Source: Chiloscyllium plagiosum (lineage: Eukaryota). Taken from it: a DNA stretch of 25,380 nt. The stretch is taken from the NCBI RefSeq assembly GCF_004010195.1, contig NC_057754.1, positions 454,918-480,297 of the forward strand, written 5' to 3'. How positions within the stretch are numbered: the stretch's first letter is position 1; each line of letters opens with the position of its first letter. A program made the position numbers and the translations under genes. Positions 1-10,636 of the stretch are shown in pieces. The notes under the pieces were generated by a model. That model ran no database searches. It was not told the origin of the DNA and saw nothing but the letters and a program-made list of their open reading frames with translations.

Positions 1-117
1 ATGCAAGTGATCCACATGCAATCCTGAAGCAGCTTTGAGCAGACCTCAATACATACTTTCCAGCAAATTATTCAGACTGCAAATAATTAAACCATTCACT
101 CAATTTGATTAAAGTCT

Positions 118-280
118 TGAGGGACTACCATCTTTCAGATGAAATGTTAAACTGAGGCCTGTCCTCTCCCTGCAGGTTGACATAAAAAGTCAAGAGCAGA
201 GAAATTCTCCCAAAGCATTGGATAATGTTGATCTCTCAACCAACACATCAGACTATCTAGGTTTTATCACACTGCTATTT
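118..280 (+). mobile_element. Deu-domain SINE fragment (SacSINE1/AmnSINE1-like), 5'/central part
   Basis: tctttcagatgaaatgttaaactgaggcc...caggttgacataaaa...tctcaaccaaca...gactatctaggttttatcacactgctattt resembles the recalled Deu-domain consensus; degenerate. Confidence 0.7.
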
Positions 281-758
281 AGAATGAATTAGATTTTATT
301 GTCACATGTATTCAAGTACAGAAATATATGAGTACAGTGAAAAATGTACAATGTCACCATTCTCGGCACAACCTTAAGTGCAAAATCTTAGGTACAAAGT
401 AGAAAAACAAAGAAACAAAGTTAAAAATTAAACATTCCAGTCCTTAGTATAAAGAAATAAAGTTAAAAGTTCAACAGTCTTTCTTGGCCATTCTGGGCTC
501 GCACGTCCTACACGAGCTCAATCTCCTCTGCTTTCATCCACTCTCTGGGATATCTCGAGTTATTGCTCTTGCTGATGCTGCAAATGATGGGCAACCTCCC
601 TCATTGTCGCATTGGGCTCACTCATCCTGCATTGGGCTTGATCTCCAACCGTCAAAGTCCTGATTCAGGTGCCCAGCTGCTGCCATGCACCGGACCTCTA
701 GCCAACTGCCAAAGTCTCGATCTAGGCCTCAGGCAACACAGATTGTAACCTTACTGGC
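281..758 (-). mobile_element. Unclassified non-autonomous retroposon-like element, copy A
   Basis: Reverse complement ends ...tttgtacctaagattttgcacttaaggttgtgcc...ggtgacattgtacatttttcactgtact...catgtgacaataaaatctaattcattct, alignable by eye to 14065-14285 (+). tttagaat at 278-285 and 759-766 may be a TSD. Confidence 0.55.
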
Positions 759-766
759 TTTAGAAT

Positions 767-899
767 TTGTTTGCTTCTTTCATGCCATCAGGATGTCCTA
801 CATTGCTTCACAATCAATGGGTTACTTTTGAAAATGCAGTCAATATTACTACTTAAGTCTGTATTTTATCTAATGTGGCAAGCAGCAACACCACACAAA
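767..899 (-). mobile_element. Deu-domain SINE fragment, 3' part, opposite orientation to 118-280
   Basis: tttcatgccatcaggatgtcctacattgcttcacaatcaatgggttacttttgaaaatgcagtca resembles the reverse complement of the Deu-SINE 3' region. Confidence 0.6.
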
Positions 900-1029
900 A
901 ATAAAATTTTAAAAAAGTACAAAGAGTAGTATTTCTGTGATATCTTTTACAATTTCCACAAGTTCCAAATTACATTCAGTGATATCCCTCAAAAGGCAAT
1001 GTGATAATAACTGGATAGAAATACAAACA

Positions 1030-1858
1030 TATATATGAATACGCAAAATAGGAGCAGAAGTATGCCACGTGGCCCCTCTAATCTGCTTCACCATTCAATA
1101 AGATAATGGTTGATGTAATTTCTCCATATTCTGCTTACTCTGAATAACCTTTCACCCCTTTGTCATGAATCAATCTACATTTGCCTTAAAAATATTCAAA
1201 GGAAAATAAAATCAGCCAATGTTCTTGACTTCACCAAGTGTGTGTGTCAGTGGCAAACAATACAAGAACAGAACAAAGCAATGCTGACCTTTTTCACTAG
1301 CAGCGAAGTCTGGTTGGAATATTAGCATAGGCAGCATGGTGGCTCAGTGGTTAGCAGTGCTGCCTCACAGCACCAGGGACCCGGTTCGATTCCAGCCTCA
1401 GGCAACTGTCCGTGTGGAGTTTGCACATTCTCCCCATGTTTGCGCGGGTTTCCTCCATGTGCTCCGGTTTCCTCTCATAGTCCAAAGATGTGAAGGTTAG
1501 GTGAATTGGCCATGCTAAATTGCTCATAGTGCTAGGTGCATTAGTCGGGTAAATATAGAGTAGGGGAATGGGTCTGGCTGGGTGGGTTGCTCTTTGGAGG
1601 GTCGGTGTGGACTTGTTGGGCCAAATAGCCCGTTTCCATACTGCAGGTAATCTAAAAGAATAATGGAAAATCTTGATGCACAGATGGAATCTGTTTCAAT
1701 CACCTTTTGAGGAAGAGAGTTCCTCTGTGAGAAAAAAAATTCTCATGTCTCAAATGGGCAGCTCCTTATTTTAAATAGGCCCCACCTCTACATTCACCCA
1801 CAAGAGGAAACATTCTCTCCACATGCACTCTGGAAAGCCTCCTCAGGATCTTATATAG
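1030..1858 (-). mobile_element. CR1 LINE 3' fragment, split by insertions at about 1201-1692
   Basis: ataggagcagaagtatgccacgtggcccctc...ccattcaataagataatgg is a CR1 3'-end motif in reverse; CR1-like sequence resumes at about 1691 (caccttttgaggaagagagttcc...cacaagaggaaacattctctcc). Confidence 0.7.
1330..1655 (+). mobile_element. HE1-type tRNA-derived V-SINE
   Basis: A box tggctcagtgg, B box ggttcgattcc, V-domain ctgtccgtgtggagtttgcacattctcccc...gggtttcctcc...tccaaagatgtg, CR1-like tail; homologous to 9111-9422 and 18824-19104. Confidence 0.9.
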
Positions 1859-2136
1859 TTTTGGTATTAGTGGAGTGCTAAAAAATCATTTATGGGGGAG
1901 TTATTTGCCAGGAGAAACAGTGGTCAAGCCAGTCAATGGATAAAGACAAAGAGTTGCCACAGAAGTCAGAACACCTTGTGGATCAAAATTCATAGATGTG
2001 TGCACAAGGTAAACTATTGACAAGTGGCTGTGGATGGAGAATTAGAATTAATTTAAGGAAATTAATAAAGAATTAATTAACCTGTCAGCGTGGCAGGTGA
2101 GTCATTACCACCAGAGTCAGTGCCCCTGGCTAAGGA

Positions 2137-2398
2137 TGAAAAAAAAAATCAGCCACTGCTCTTGATCTTGATTTTGACTCTGACTTTCAACAGAAAGTAT
2201 TTGTCAGTGAAAATCTGGCAATCACAAGACCACAGGGAAATCAATATAAGAAAAACAATATAAGAAGAAATTAAGTATAAGAAGAAATTAAGCATAATAA
2301 GAAATTAAGTGCTAACCACCTGTCTTCACTTGCAGGAAGTCTGGTCGAAATATTAGTATAAAGAATCATGGAAAATGTTGAACCATAGAATGAATCTT
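2137..2398 (+). repeat. Unclassified diverged repeat (second copy at 1201-1329 + 1656-1692), with an internal 17-bp tandem array at about 2259-2310
   Basis: aaaatcagccactgctcttga vs aaaatcagccaatgttcttga; ttcacttgcaggaagtctggtcgaaatattagtataaagaatcatggaaaatgttga vs ttcactagcagcgaagtctggttggaatattagcata[HE1]aagaataatggaaaatcttga. Confidence 0.65.
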
Positions 2399-2599
2399 GA
2401 GATTCCAAAGCAGAAGAATTTCACCACAAAATTAATTAACATTGTACACGTTGGGAATAGAAGTTATTTTACATTGTGAAATTAGTACAATTGTGAATAA
2501 AGAAAAGGTTTTTCCAATCTTCTGCATAGCTTGGCTTTTAATTTCTAATATAATCCTCATTTTTTTTTGGGGGGGGGGGGTGCTTGAATAACCCAAACA

Positions 2600-3705
2600 A
2601 AGGACTATCCTAGTCTTAGTGTAAGGGACAGCAAAAGGTATTTGAATCTAGATTATTCAGGAGAATTTTCCAAAACAGTATGTGTCAAGTCCAGAAACAA
2701 AGAGTGCACTGCTGGTCTCGGTTGTTGACAATGAGGTAGGCCAAGTGGACCAAGAGTCAGTGGGGAGTAGCTGGGAGATATTGATCATTATCTCATAAGT
2801 CTGGAATGATGGTGGAGAATGACAGTGAATTTAAAATAAGAATAATCAATTGACAGAGAGCGGATGTCAATAGAGCAAGAATGGAGTTGGGCTGGATAGG
2901 TACAATATAAGGTTGGAGGAAAAACAATAGCTGAACAATGAGCCACCATCAAAGAGAAGATGGTTCAGCTACAGACAAGGTATATTCTCTCAAAAGTGAG
3001 AGAGTGGGATAACAAATTCAGAGCTTCCTGGATGACAAAGGAGATAGAAATTGAAGAATAAAAAGCATGCTTATAAAATGCAACAGAGAATGAAGAGGAA
3101 TACTGAAGATTCAGAGAGGAGGAGAAAAAGCATTTTACATGTGCAAAAATGAGAAAGGACTAGCAAACATTATAATAGGGAATCCCTTTGTCTTCCTCAG
3201 GTACATAAATAATAAATGGTGGTAAATGGAAAAGTAGGGCTGATTAGGAATGGAAAAAGTGGATTTACACAGAATTGGGGGTATGGCTGAGGTATTAACT
3301 AAATACTGTATATCTGTCTTAACCAAGCAGATAATACACTGGCCATGGTGAGACAGGAAGAATCACTGTCATTTAGAAGGGTTCAAAATTGACAAGAATG
3401 AAGTTTTGGATAGACTGATGGTAGACTTTTGAAGAGCTAACAGAAAAGGTCAATGTCAATGTTGTTGTAGTTTATGTGGATTGCCAAAAGGTGTTTGTTC
3501 AAGTGCTATGCAATAGACGTGTGAGGAAAGTTGTAGGGCTTGGACTATAAGGGACAGTAGCAAAGTGGATAGAATATTAGCTGCGTGACAGGAAATGGAG
3601 AGAAATGTTCAATGAATATTTTTCAGGCTGAAAGTAGGTTTGCAGTAAAGTTCCCAAGAGGCAGCATTAGTATACATATTAATGATCTAGACCTTTGTGC
3701 GCAGG
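2600..3705 (+). mobile_element. Old CR1 LINE ORF2 remnant (end of endonuclease to RT, with deletions)
   Basis: Decayed motifs: aatgaggtaggccaagtggaccaagagtcagtgggg (NEVGQVDQ.SVG) and gtagtttatgtggattgccaaaaggtgtttg (VVYxDxQKxF, cf. VYxDFxKAFD); many stops and frameshifts. Confidence 0.8.
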
Positions 3706-3980
3706 AGTGAATTACCATTGAGTAGGCAGTTTCTAGCAATGCTTGGCAAGTCTCAAAAAGGGGATCCTGCAATGGAATTTTCAGAGGAGACGTTTTTACA
3801 AATTGATCCTTAACACTGAATAGCATCAGTCTGTCCATTGTAGCTCATCACTCAGTGGTAATGAGTTTGCAAGGGAAATGCCAACACTATCAATCTGATT
3901 TTGTTAAGTAGTTGGGTAAATGTTTACTTTTTAATATTTCAATTCACAACCACTTTTATCTTTGAATTAAAATACATACA

Positions 3981-4258
3981 ACATAGAAAACATAGAAAAA
4001 TACAGCGCAGTACAGGCCCTTTGGCCCTTGATGTTGCGCCGATCCAAGCCCACCTAACCTACACTAGCCCATTATCCTCCATATGCCTATCCAATTCCCG
4101 TTTAAATGCCCATAAAGAGAGAGAGTCCACCACTGCTACTGGCAGGGCATTCCATGAACTCACGACTCGCTGAGTAAAGAATCTACCCCTAACATCTGTC
4201 CTATACCTACCACCCCTTAATTTAAAGCTATGCGCCCTCGTAATAGCTGACTCCATAC
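3981..4258 (-). mobile_element. Young 5'-truncated CR1 LINE 3' end
   Basis: ORF 4059-4256 encodes the CR1 ORF2 C-terminus TRAHSFKLRGGRYRTDVRGRFFTQRVVSSWNALP; ttctatgt-type tail. Confidence 0.9.
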
Positions 4259-4815
4259 ATCTAGTGCTTCTCTCCTATTGGTTAGTCCATTACCTTTGAT
4301 TCTAATATTAACACTGATTTTATGAATTAAAAATGACAATGATCCATGTGTGCCACTTGCAGCTATGTTGAGATGCAATGAGCATCTTATCATTATATAC
4401 AACTACACCCATTAGTTTACCTGAAATTCCAAGTTATACACTGATTGCAGTGTTGTTATTTGGTAGATAATCTGCAGAAGGGGCTGCACCAGTCAAAAAA
4501 TTCGATCTGATTTTCCTGATTTCACCCACAATAGCAGCAAGGATGTCACAATGTTGCTTCAGTGTCCATGGTTGCACTCAAAAAAAAGAAATCATATGCA
4601 AGTTCCTGCTTTGGATTGATAAGGAGTAATCCCTTCCATATTGCTTGCAATGAATATTAAATCAGGAGAAAATGGCAGGCTCAACTATGAATTCTGAGGG
4701 GACTAAACAATCCAATGCTGGATCCACACACCCTGTGCAGCTGGTGTTTGAAAAGGTGGGTGAGTGGGACACTTGCATGCTGGCATACCCCACTTACCTC
4801 AGGAATATCAATAGG

Positions 4816-5200
4816 GAGACAACGGCATAGTGGTATTGTTCTTGGTCTAGCAATCCAGACACCTAGGTAATGTCTGTAGACTGGGTTCAAGTGGAAAACA
4901 ATGGAATTTGAATTCAATAAAAATCTGGAATTAAAAGTGTAATGATGACCATGAAACCATTATTGATTGTCGTAAAAAACAATTTCTTTCAGGGAAGGAA
5001 ACCATCATCCTTGCTGTGGTTCTGGAGATATACATAAGCAATGTGATTGACTCTTAACTGCCCTTGCAAGCCATTCAGTGTATTAAACAGCTCAGAAGTG
5101 GTTCTGGGTAGCTCACCACCAACTTCGCAAGGGAAATTAGAGATGGGCAATATATGCTGGCCCAGCCAACAATACCCAAATCCCATGAACAAATGAAAAA
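4816..5200 (+). mobile_element. tRNA-derived SINE (non-HE1 family) with LINE-derived 3' tail
   Basis: A-box-like ggcatagtggta, B-box-like gggttcaagt; tail gatgggcaatatatgctggcccagcc shared with 5768-6076 and 7085-7420. Confidence 0.7.
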
Positions 5201-5767
5201 TACTACCTTAAGGAGAATGAGTAAGAAGCAAACCTTCTCCTGAAGCAGTTGCCCAGATGACCATGAGCTTGGTGGAAGAGTAAACACCATCTAATCTATT
5301 CAGTGTATACAATGATCCTCAGCAATCCATCATCTTTTCTCCAATGAGACTCTTGTAAGTCTTCAACAATCTCTCCAAGAACACCCACCTACTTTCTACC
5401 TGTTCAGCAAGAACAACGAGCAACTTACAAATTATTTATTAGCATAGGGAGAGCAAGTCTGCTTTTGTTGGTCATATAAGGGCAAACAACCCATATTACC
5501 CAGTGAGCCCTGCATAATGATTGGTGTCATTGCCACCCTCCCCATCTCTAGAATACTACCAGCTGAGGAGATTCCAGTCTCTTTGTGGTGGGAAATGCTC
5601 TCCCAACACACTCAGGCTTGCCACTTAAATTTCTCAGCCTTCAATCTCCCCTCCTCCACCCATTGCCAGCTCCAGGAAATTCTTGGACAACAAGCTGTGC
5701 TGTAAGTGAGGTACAGCAATAGTAAATTGTGTCACACCTCATCTTTCTCTAAGGGTAACAGCAGGGG

Positions 5768-6076
5768 TGGTGGTGGCATTGTAGCAATATCACAGGACTA
5801 AGTAATCCAGACCCCCTGACTAATACTTTGAAGACAAGTGTTTGAATCCCACCATGGTAGATAATGAAATATGAAATAAAGATCTTTGGTCGCTAATGTG
5901 TAAATCACTGTTGATTGTCACTTTTTTCTAAAAAAAAACTGGTTCACAAATTCCCTTTCCAGAAAGAAATCTGCCATCTTTACCCCGTCTGGCCTACATG
6001 TGACTCCAGGCCCATGACTGAACTCCACTTGAGCAATTAGGGATGGGCGACAAATGCTGGGCCTAGTTAGTAACAT
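5768..6076 (+). mobile_element. Second copy of the same tRNA-derived SINE family
   Basis: tggcattgtagcaatatcacaggactaagtaatccaga...gtttgaatcccaccatgg...gcaattagggatgggcgacaaatgctggg. Confidence 0.7.
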
Positions 6077-6099
6077 TGAAGCAATTAAAGAAAAGGCAC

Positions 6100-6620
6100 T
6101 TGCCAGCGAAGAAGCAGGTTGATAAAAGTCAGGGTATCGAACCTTCCGGAATACCTCCAGAGTTCGGAACTCAATTTCACTGTGACTTCGCCGCTGGATT
6201 TACTAAGGGGGTTCTTGCCCAGGGTATTTTCAATCGCGTCATTACTGCTGTATTTTAACTCTCTCTGCGTGCGTTTTGTCTGTTATCATGATTTACCTCC
6301 TCCGGCAGACACCCGAATCTCGCGCCACCGTCCAACGGTCCAACCTGATGAGCGCATGCAACGAAATAGACCAATCAGGAGGTGGGAGATGCTACTGCTT
6401 GACCAAGCAGTCATCGGAGAGCTGGGTGGACCGCAACCAGGTGCGGACCAATCAAGTAATACGGCACATTTGGGCCAATCAGAGAGCTTTGAGGTCCCGG
6501 CGCACGCGGAGATGAACCCATCGAGGAGCGGCTTGTGGCTGGCGCGTGAGGGCGTCGGTTGGTCGCGTGCAGCTGCTGGGTGTCATTTGCAGCTTCGGCA
6601 GGTTGACAATTATTCCCATT
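6100..6620. promoter_or_regulatory. CpG-rich Pol II promoter, possibly bidirectional, with NF-Y, E2F-like and NRF1-like sites
   Basis: Local CpG enrichment in a CpG-poor window. CCAAT boxes in NF-Y context at 6371, 6448 and 6475 (gaccaatcag, gaccaatcaa, ggccaatcag) and a near-match at 6403. TGGCGCG on opposite strands at 6321-6327 and 6540-6546; GCGCATGC at 6352-6359; minus-strand donor GAG|GTAAAT at 6297/6296. Confidence 0.75.
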
Positions 6621-6857
6621 GCGAGGTCTTTATTTTCCCCTTTCATCAGCCCTTTAAAGCCGCCTTATGATATTATTGCCCATTCTTGCTTTTGATGATT
6701 TTCATTTTGCGGGAACAGCTTGCACATACTCAATGATGAAACTCCACTGGAACTGAAGCGTTTGTCGATCGTAAAGATTGACTGACTACCCAACAGTCAG
6801 AATAATGGACTTCAGCGAGCACAGCATATGGATTCAGCGAAATTAATCACGGAATGG

Positions 6858-7020
6858 CAGAATTATAATAGTGCAGAAAGAGGCCATTTGGTCCATCCTG
6901 CCTGCACCAGCTCTAATTTTTCACGCCAGTCTCCTGTGTTTTCCTCATATCTCTGAACACTATTATCATCCAGATAACCACCCAATGACCTATTGAATGA
7001 CTGAGGTAACTATCTACAAG
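6858..7020 (-). mobile_element. CR1 3'-end fragment
   Basis: agtgcagaaagaggccatttggtccatcctgcctgcaccagctct, a typical reversed CR1 tail. Confidence 0.6.
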
Positions 7021-7084
7021 TATCATTGACAAATCTGTTGCACATGAAGTGAAGGTAGATTATTTAACAGCATAGTTGATGACT

Positions 7085-7420
7085 CCATCTATGATACGCA
7101 CTGCAGATATTCACCAGGTCTGTTTTAATAGTACCTTCCAAACCCATGGCCATTATTATTTAGAAGGACATGGGCAGGAGATACATGAGAGTGCCACTAC
7201 CTGCAAATTTCCTTCCAAGCCACTCACCATCCTGACTTGAAAATATATTGCTGTTCCTTCAGTGTCACCGGGTCAAACTCCTGGAACTCCCTATCTAATG
7301 AGGCTGTGCATGTTTCAGCACCAGGTGTACTGCAGTGGTTCAAGAAGGCAACCCATCATCTTCTTACGCTGGGCAATAAATGCTGGCCCAGCCAGCAAGG
7401 CTGAAGTCCTTGAACAAATA
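7085..7420 (+). mobile_element. LINE 3' end (CR1/L2 group), probable partner of the 4816/5768 SINEs
   Basis: ORF-end-like ggtcaaactcctggaactcccta (WNSL), followed by ttcaagaaggca and the tail gggcaataaatgctggcccagccagc. Confidence 0.7.
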
Positions 7421-7571
7421 GCAACAAACTCTTGAAAAATGAACAAAGCTCTGCCTTCATTTAGAATTTTCTCCCCGCTACCATCGTCCTGTCTACTTTT
7501 GATGATTTGCATTGCCTGTAATGGGCTTTGCGTGTAAGCTTCTAATTGGCTGTATGGGCGATACAGGTGGT

Positions 7572-8240
7572 GGTTAATAGAATTTATTGTCATATATAGT
7601 TTTACAAGAAAAATACAATTAAAAGTGTTCCAACTCATCTTACCATGGTGCCCATAATGACAGAAGTAAATCATAAGTTGCAAAGCTAAGTAGTTCATCA
7701 AAGTCCATTAAAGGCTCCTGGTCTTGAAGAAATCCAATCCACAACAGGATGAAAACCAAAATGCTGGGATGCCATCCCATTGGGTCAAAAGCCTCTGAAG
7801 GAAACCGCCGCCAAGAATACCACTTTAAAAAAAACGCTGGGCTGCTACCCGTGGATAAATCAAAATCCTGAGACGTTGGAACACCAAGCCAGAAGCACTC
7901 TCCAAAGATTAAGATTGAGTTAGACCGCTGTCGAGGTCACAAACTGGGATAAACTGTTCCTTCAGAGACTGCTTCACAGAGTGAAACCAAAGCATCGAGA
8001 AAGACCACCACTTTGGACCACTGGAAGAAACTGCCTGCTTAGGAAAAGCTCACAGCTGAAGCTTTTAAAATGAAGGTAAGATGAATTTGAAGTTATCTAT
8101 TCTATATATGCTAATTGAAAAACATTAAAAGAAAAGAAAAAGAAATAGTAAAGGTAAACGGAGTAGGTAAGCAAAGGGCTCTGGGCTCATGAGCCCACGC
8201 TATATGCTGCTGCTCCACACAACTTGTGCCACCTTTTATA
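7572..8240 (-). mobile_element. Unclassified non-autonomous element, copy C (diverged)
   Basis: Reverse complement starts aaggtggcac...ggagcagcagcatatagcgtgggctc and ends atgggcacc...aacacttttaattgtat...tgacaataaattctatt, loosely matching the 3' ends of copies A and B. Confidence 0.45.
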
Positions 8241-8264
8241 TATGTGCAGTGTGTTTTTTCGTCT

Positions 8265-8757
8265 CTCAAAAACGCATTTTTTTGGACAGGCTGATGGTGT
8301 ACACCTTGACTCTTTCGTCTGCTGCCCAGACCTGTCTTGGTGTTCTTCTTGCGTCTGGGTGGCAGGGATTCCGGCAGACAGCTTTCTACGTGGGAATCCT
8401 CCCATTTTCTATTGGGGACCTGGTGTGGAGAGTGTTACAAGTTGCAACGCCATCAGACTCTCAGCCCTAATGTCTATTTTGCAGTGCTTTGGACTCTGTG
8501 GACTAGGTATATATTGGTTGTGGACAACTGCACCTCCTTTAGTTCTTTGAATGCACTTTTGTTGTGGTTTTGGTTGCATTTCAGCCCTACACTCCTGATC
8601 TTTGGACAACCAATGTGGAGGGGTGTGGGCAGATCAGAAGACTGAGAAAGCTTGTAGCCTTAGATATGACACATTTGTTGCAGAGAATGTGGGGAAGTGC
8701 TTGTTCAAAAGAATTTGGGACATCCGATCTAAGTGTCAATAGATCGGTGTAAATAAA
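8265..8757 (+). mobile_element. Tx1-clade (L1 group) LINE ORF2 C-terminal remnant
   Basis: Frameshifted peptides FYVGILPFSIGDLVWRVLQ and LNALLLWFWLHFSPTLLIFGQPMWRGVGRSED resemble the zinc-binding region after RT in fish/amphibian Tx1 ORF2; AATAAA at about 8752. Confidence 0.75.
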
Positions 8758-9110
8758 GTGATAACGATTGTTCACTTGTGGAATGTGTGGCAGTACTTCC
8801 TTCTCACGTCAGAGGCTGGAAGCACGCATATTGACAGCATGGTGTTGGACAACTAAATTGCTGGTTTATATCAAAGTCTCTTAACAAAACTCATACTCAA
8901 CAGGAAAAAAAACTTAAATTTAATAAGCTGAATGGAATATGCACGTAATAGAACAATCCTGATGCATTTTCATGAATACCACACTGAGCAGATTTGAATT
9001 TATGAAGCCCAGCTCCCTCATCTTTACTGCTTTGGGAAGTGAATGTCGCAATACCCTTACAGGCTAGGAAAACATGAAGGCTGAAAGTTGGAAGATGTTC
9101 ATATGTGAGT

Positions 9111-9422
9111 GATTAGATTAGATTACTTACAGTGTGGAAACAGGCCCTTCGGCCCAACAAGTCCACACCGACCCTCCGAAGAGCAACCCACCCAGACCCA
9201 TTCCCCTACATTTACCCCTTCACCTAACACTATGAGCAATTTAGCATGGCCAATTCACCTAACCTGCACATTTTTGGACTGTAGGAGGAAAACAGAGCAC
9301 CCGAAGGAAACCCACACAGACACTGGGCGAATGTGCAAACTCCACCATACAGTTGCCTGAGGCGGGAACTGAACCCGGGTCTCTGGCGCTGTGAGGCAGC
9401 AGTGCTAACCACTGTGCCACCC
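9111..9422 (-). mobile_element. HE1-type V-SINE
   Basis: Reverse complement homologous to 1330-1655; (aatct)n tail at 9111-9125. Confidence 0.9.
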
Positions 9423-9552
9423 TGAGAGTAAGAAAATATTCTTCTGTAAATTATATTCACTGAAGGGTTCAAGGGACACACAGAGAGAGAGAGAGGATGG
9501 AGGCTGGTGGAAAGATTAATCCTTTATGATCCGATTTAAGTGACCACTGGCA

Positions 9553-10371
9553 TGTCATGGATTAAATGTGTGTTATTCCCTGGAGTTCGAGATCCGGGAA
9601 TGTTGTGAATTTAATTTGCATTCTGGGAATCTAAGATGATTTTAAAAGAAAAAGCCATTTTGTACAGCAATGATTCTGGATATGTTAGTTGAGCAAGGTT
9701 ACCTCATGACCTTTCCACATAGTTTGGACTAGTCCCTCGTTATAATGTACTGCTAAAAGGGAAAGGATATCTTGCCAAAGCAATCAAGGCTTGATCAAGG
9801 TTTCCCACTTTGATGTGCAGGTAGCTTAATTAGTCAAGCATACTCAGACCTGTCAATGGGTTTCTCTTCCTCTACAAACTTTTGCCATTTTAGTGCTGCT
9901 TATCTGATTAAGGATATGTGGCATTTTTGTAATTTTAATACCAATTTCTGTATAAAGATAGCTTGTTTGCAACAATAAGGAGGGGGGGGGGGCATAGCCT
10001 GAGAGAGCTCTTAGGGATAAGAGCTGGTGCCGCTACTCTGCTAACCTTAGCACAAGCCTGGCTTGTAGGTATCTATGTTATAGTGTAACATTGATGCCAT
10101 TGGTAAGTAAAGATAATAATTTAAACTAAACTGTCTGTAAGAGTTTTATATTCCAGACTACCACAGAGTACAGTCTCCAGTACAAACCAAGAGAGGTAAC
10201 AGATCGAGTACATCAAGGATTCCCTGAGCCATCTCGAATAGGTACTTTAACAGGACCTCCTTGTGGGTCTGTTCCTAGACTAGCCAGGCTAGCTATTAGT
10301 AAGTCCACTGCAAGTTGTCTGCCCATTTCACCAGTCTACCTGTGTCCTCCCCTTGTAACAGACCCATAACA
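9553..10371 (+). mobile_element. Putative solo LTR
   Basis: Ends TGTCATGG...CCATAACA (7/8 inverted match, TG..CA); TATAAAG at about 9951 and AGTAAA at about 10106; no TSD found. Confidence 0.45.
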
Positions 10372-10636
10372 GAAGAGATCAGTCTTACAATTTGAGCACT
10401 GAGATGCATCTTATGTTTCCAAGAGACGGGAATTGAATGCACTAATCAGCATTTATCTGACCAGAGAACTCTGTGATTTGGACAGCTTCTTTTTGCTGAG
10501 TTCTACATTCAATTAATTTCTGTTATGGACTGGACATGTTAGGTATCAAATCTGCCATTTCTTGACAACTTCATTAAATTCACTCTTAACCATTTCAGTA
10601 CACTCATGAAGAACATGTTGTCTGCTTTCCCTTCCT

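Noticed and set aside
1330..1400. tRNA gene
   Set aside because: A/B boxes belong to a SINE head (also at about 9350-9422 and 18824-18890); no full cloverleaf
4421..4576. Minus-strand exon candidate ending at CAG|GTAAAC
   Set aside because: Stop codons in all three frames and an atypical GAG acceptor
5207..5399. Minus-strand exon candidate (acceptor near 5400; MVFTLPPSSWSSGQLLQEK)
   Set aside because: Plausible splice sites but no recognisable protein; cannot be supported without RNA data, though it could be a UTR exon of the 6.3-kb promoter
6119..6670. 183-aa ORF
   Set aside because: Spans the GC-rich promoter motifs, starts at a non-ATG codon and has no recognisable domain; likely a chance ORF
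8564..8757. Apparent terminal exon with acceptor, stop and AATAAA
   Set aside because: Overlaps Tx1 ORF2 homology in another frame; it is a LINE 3' end
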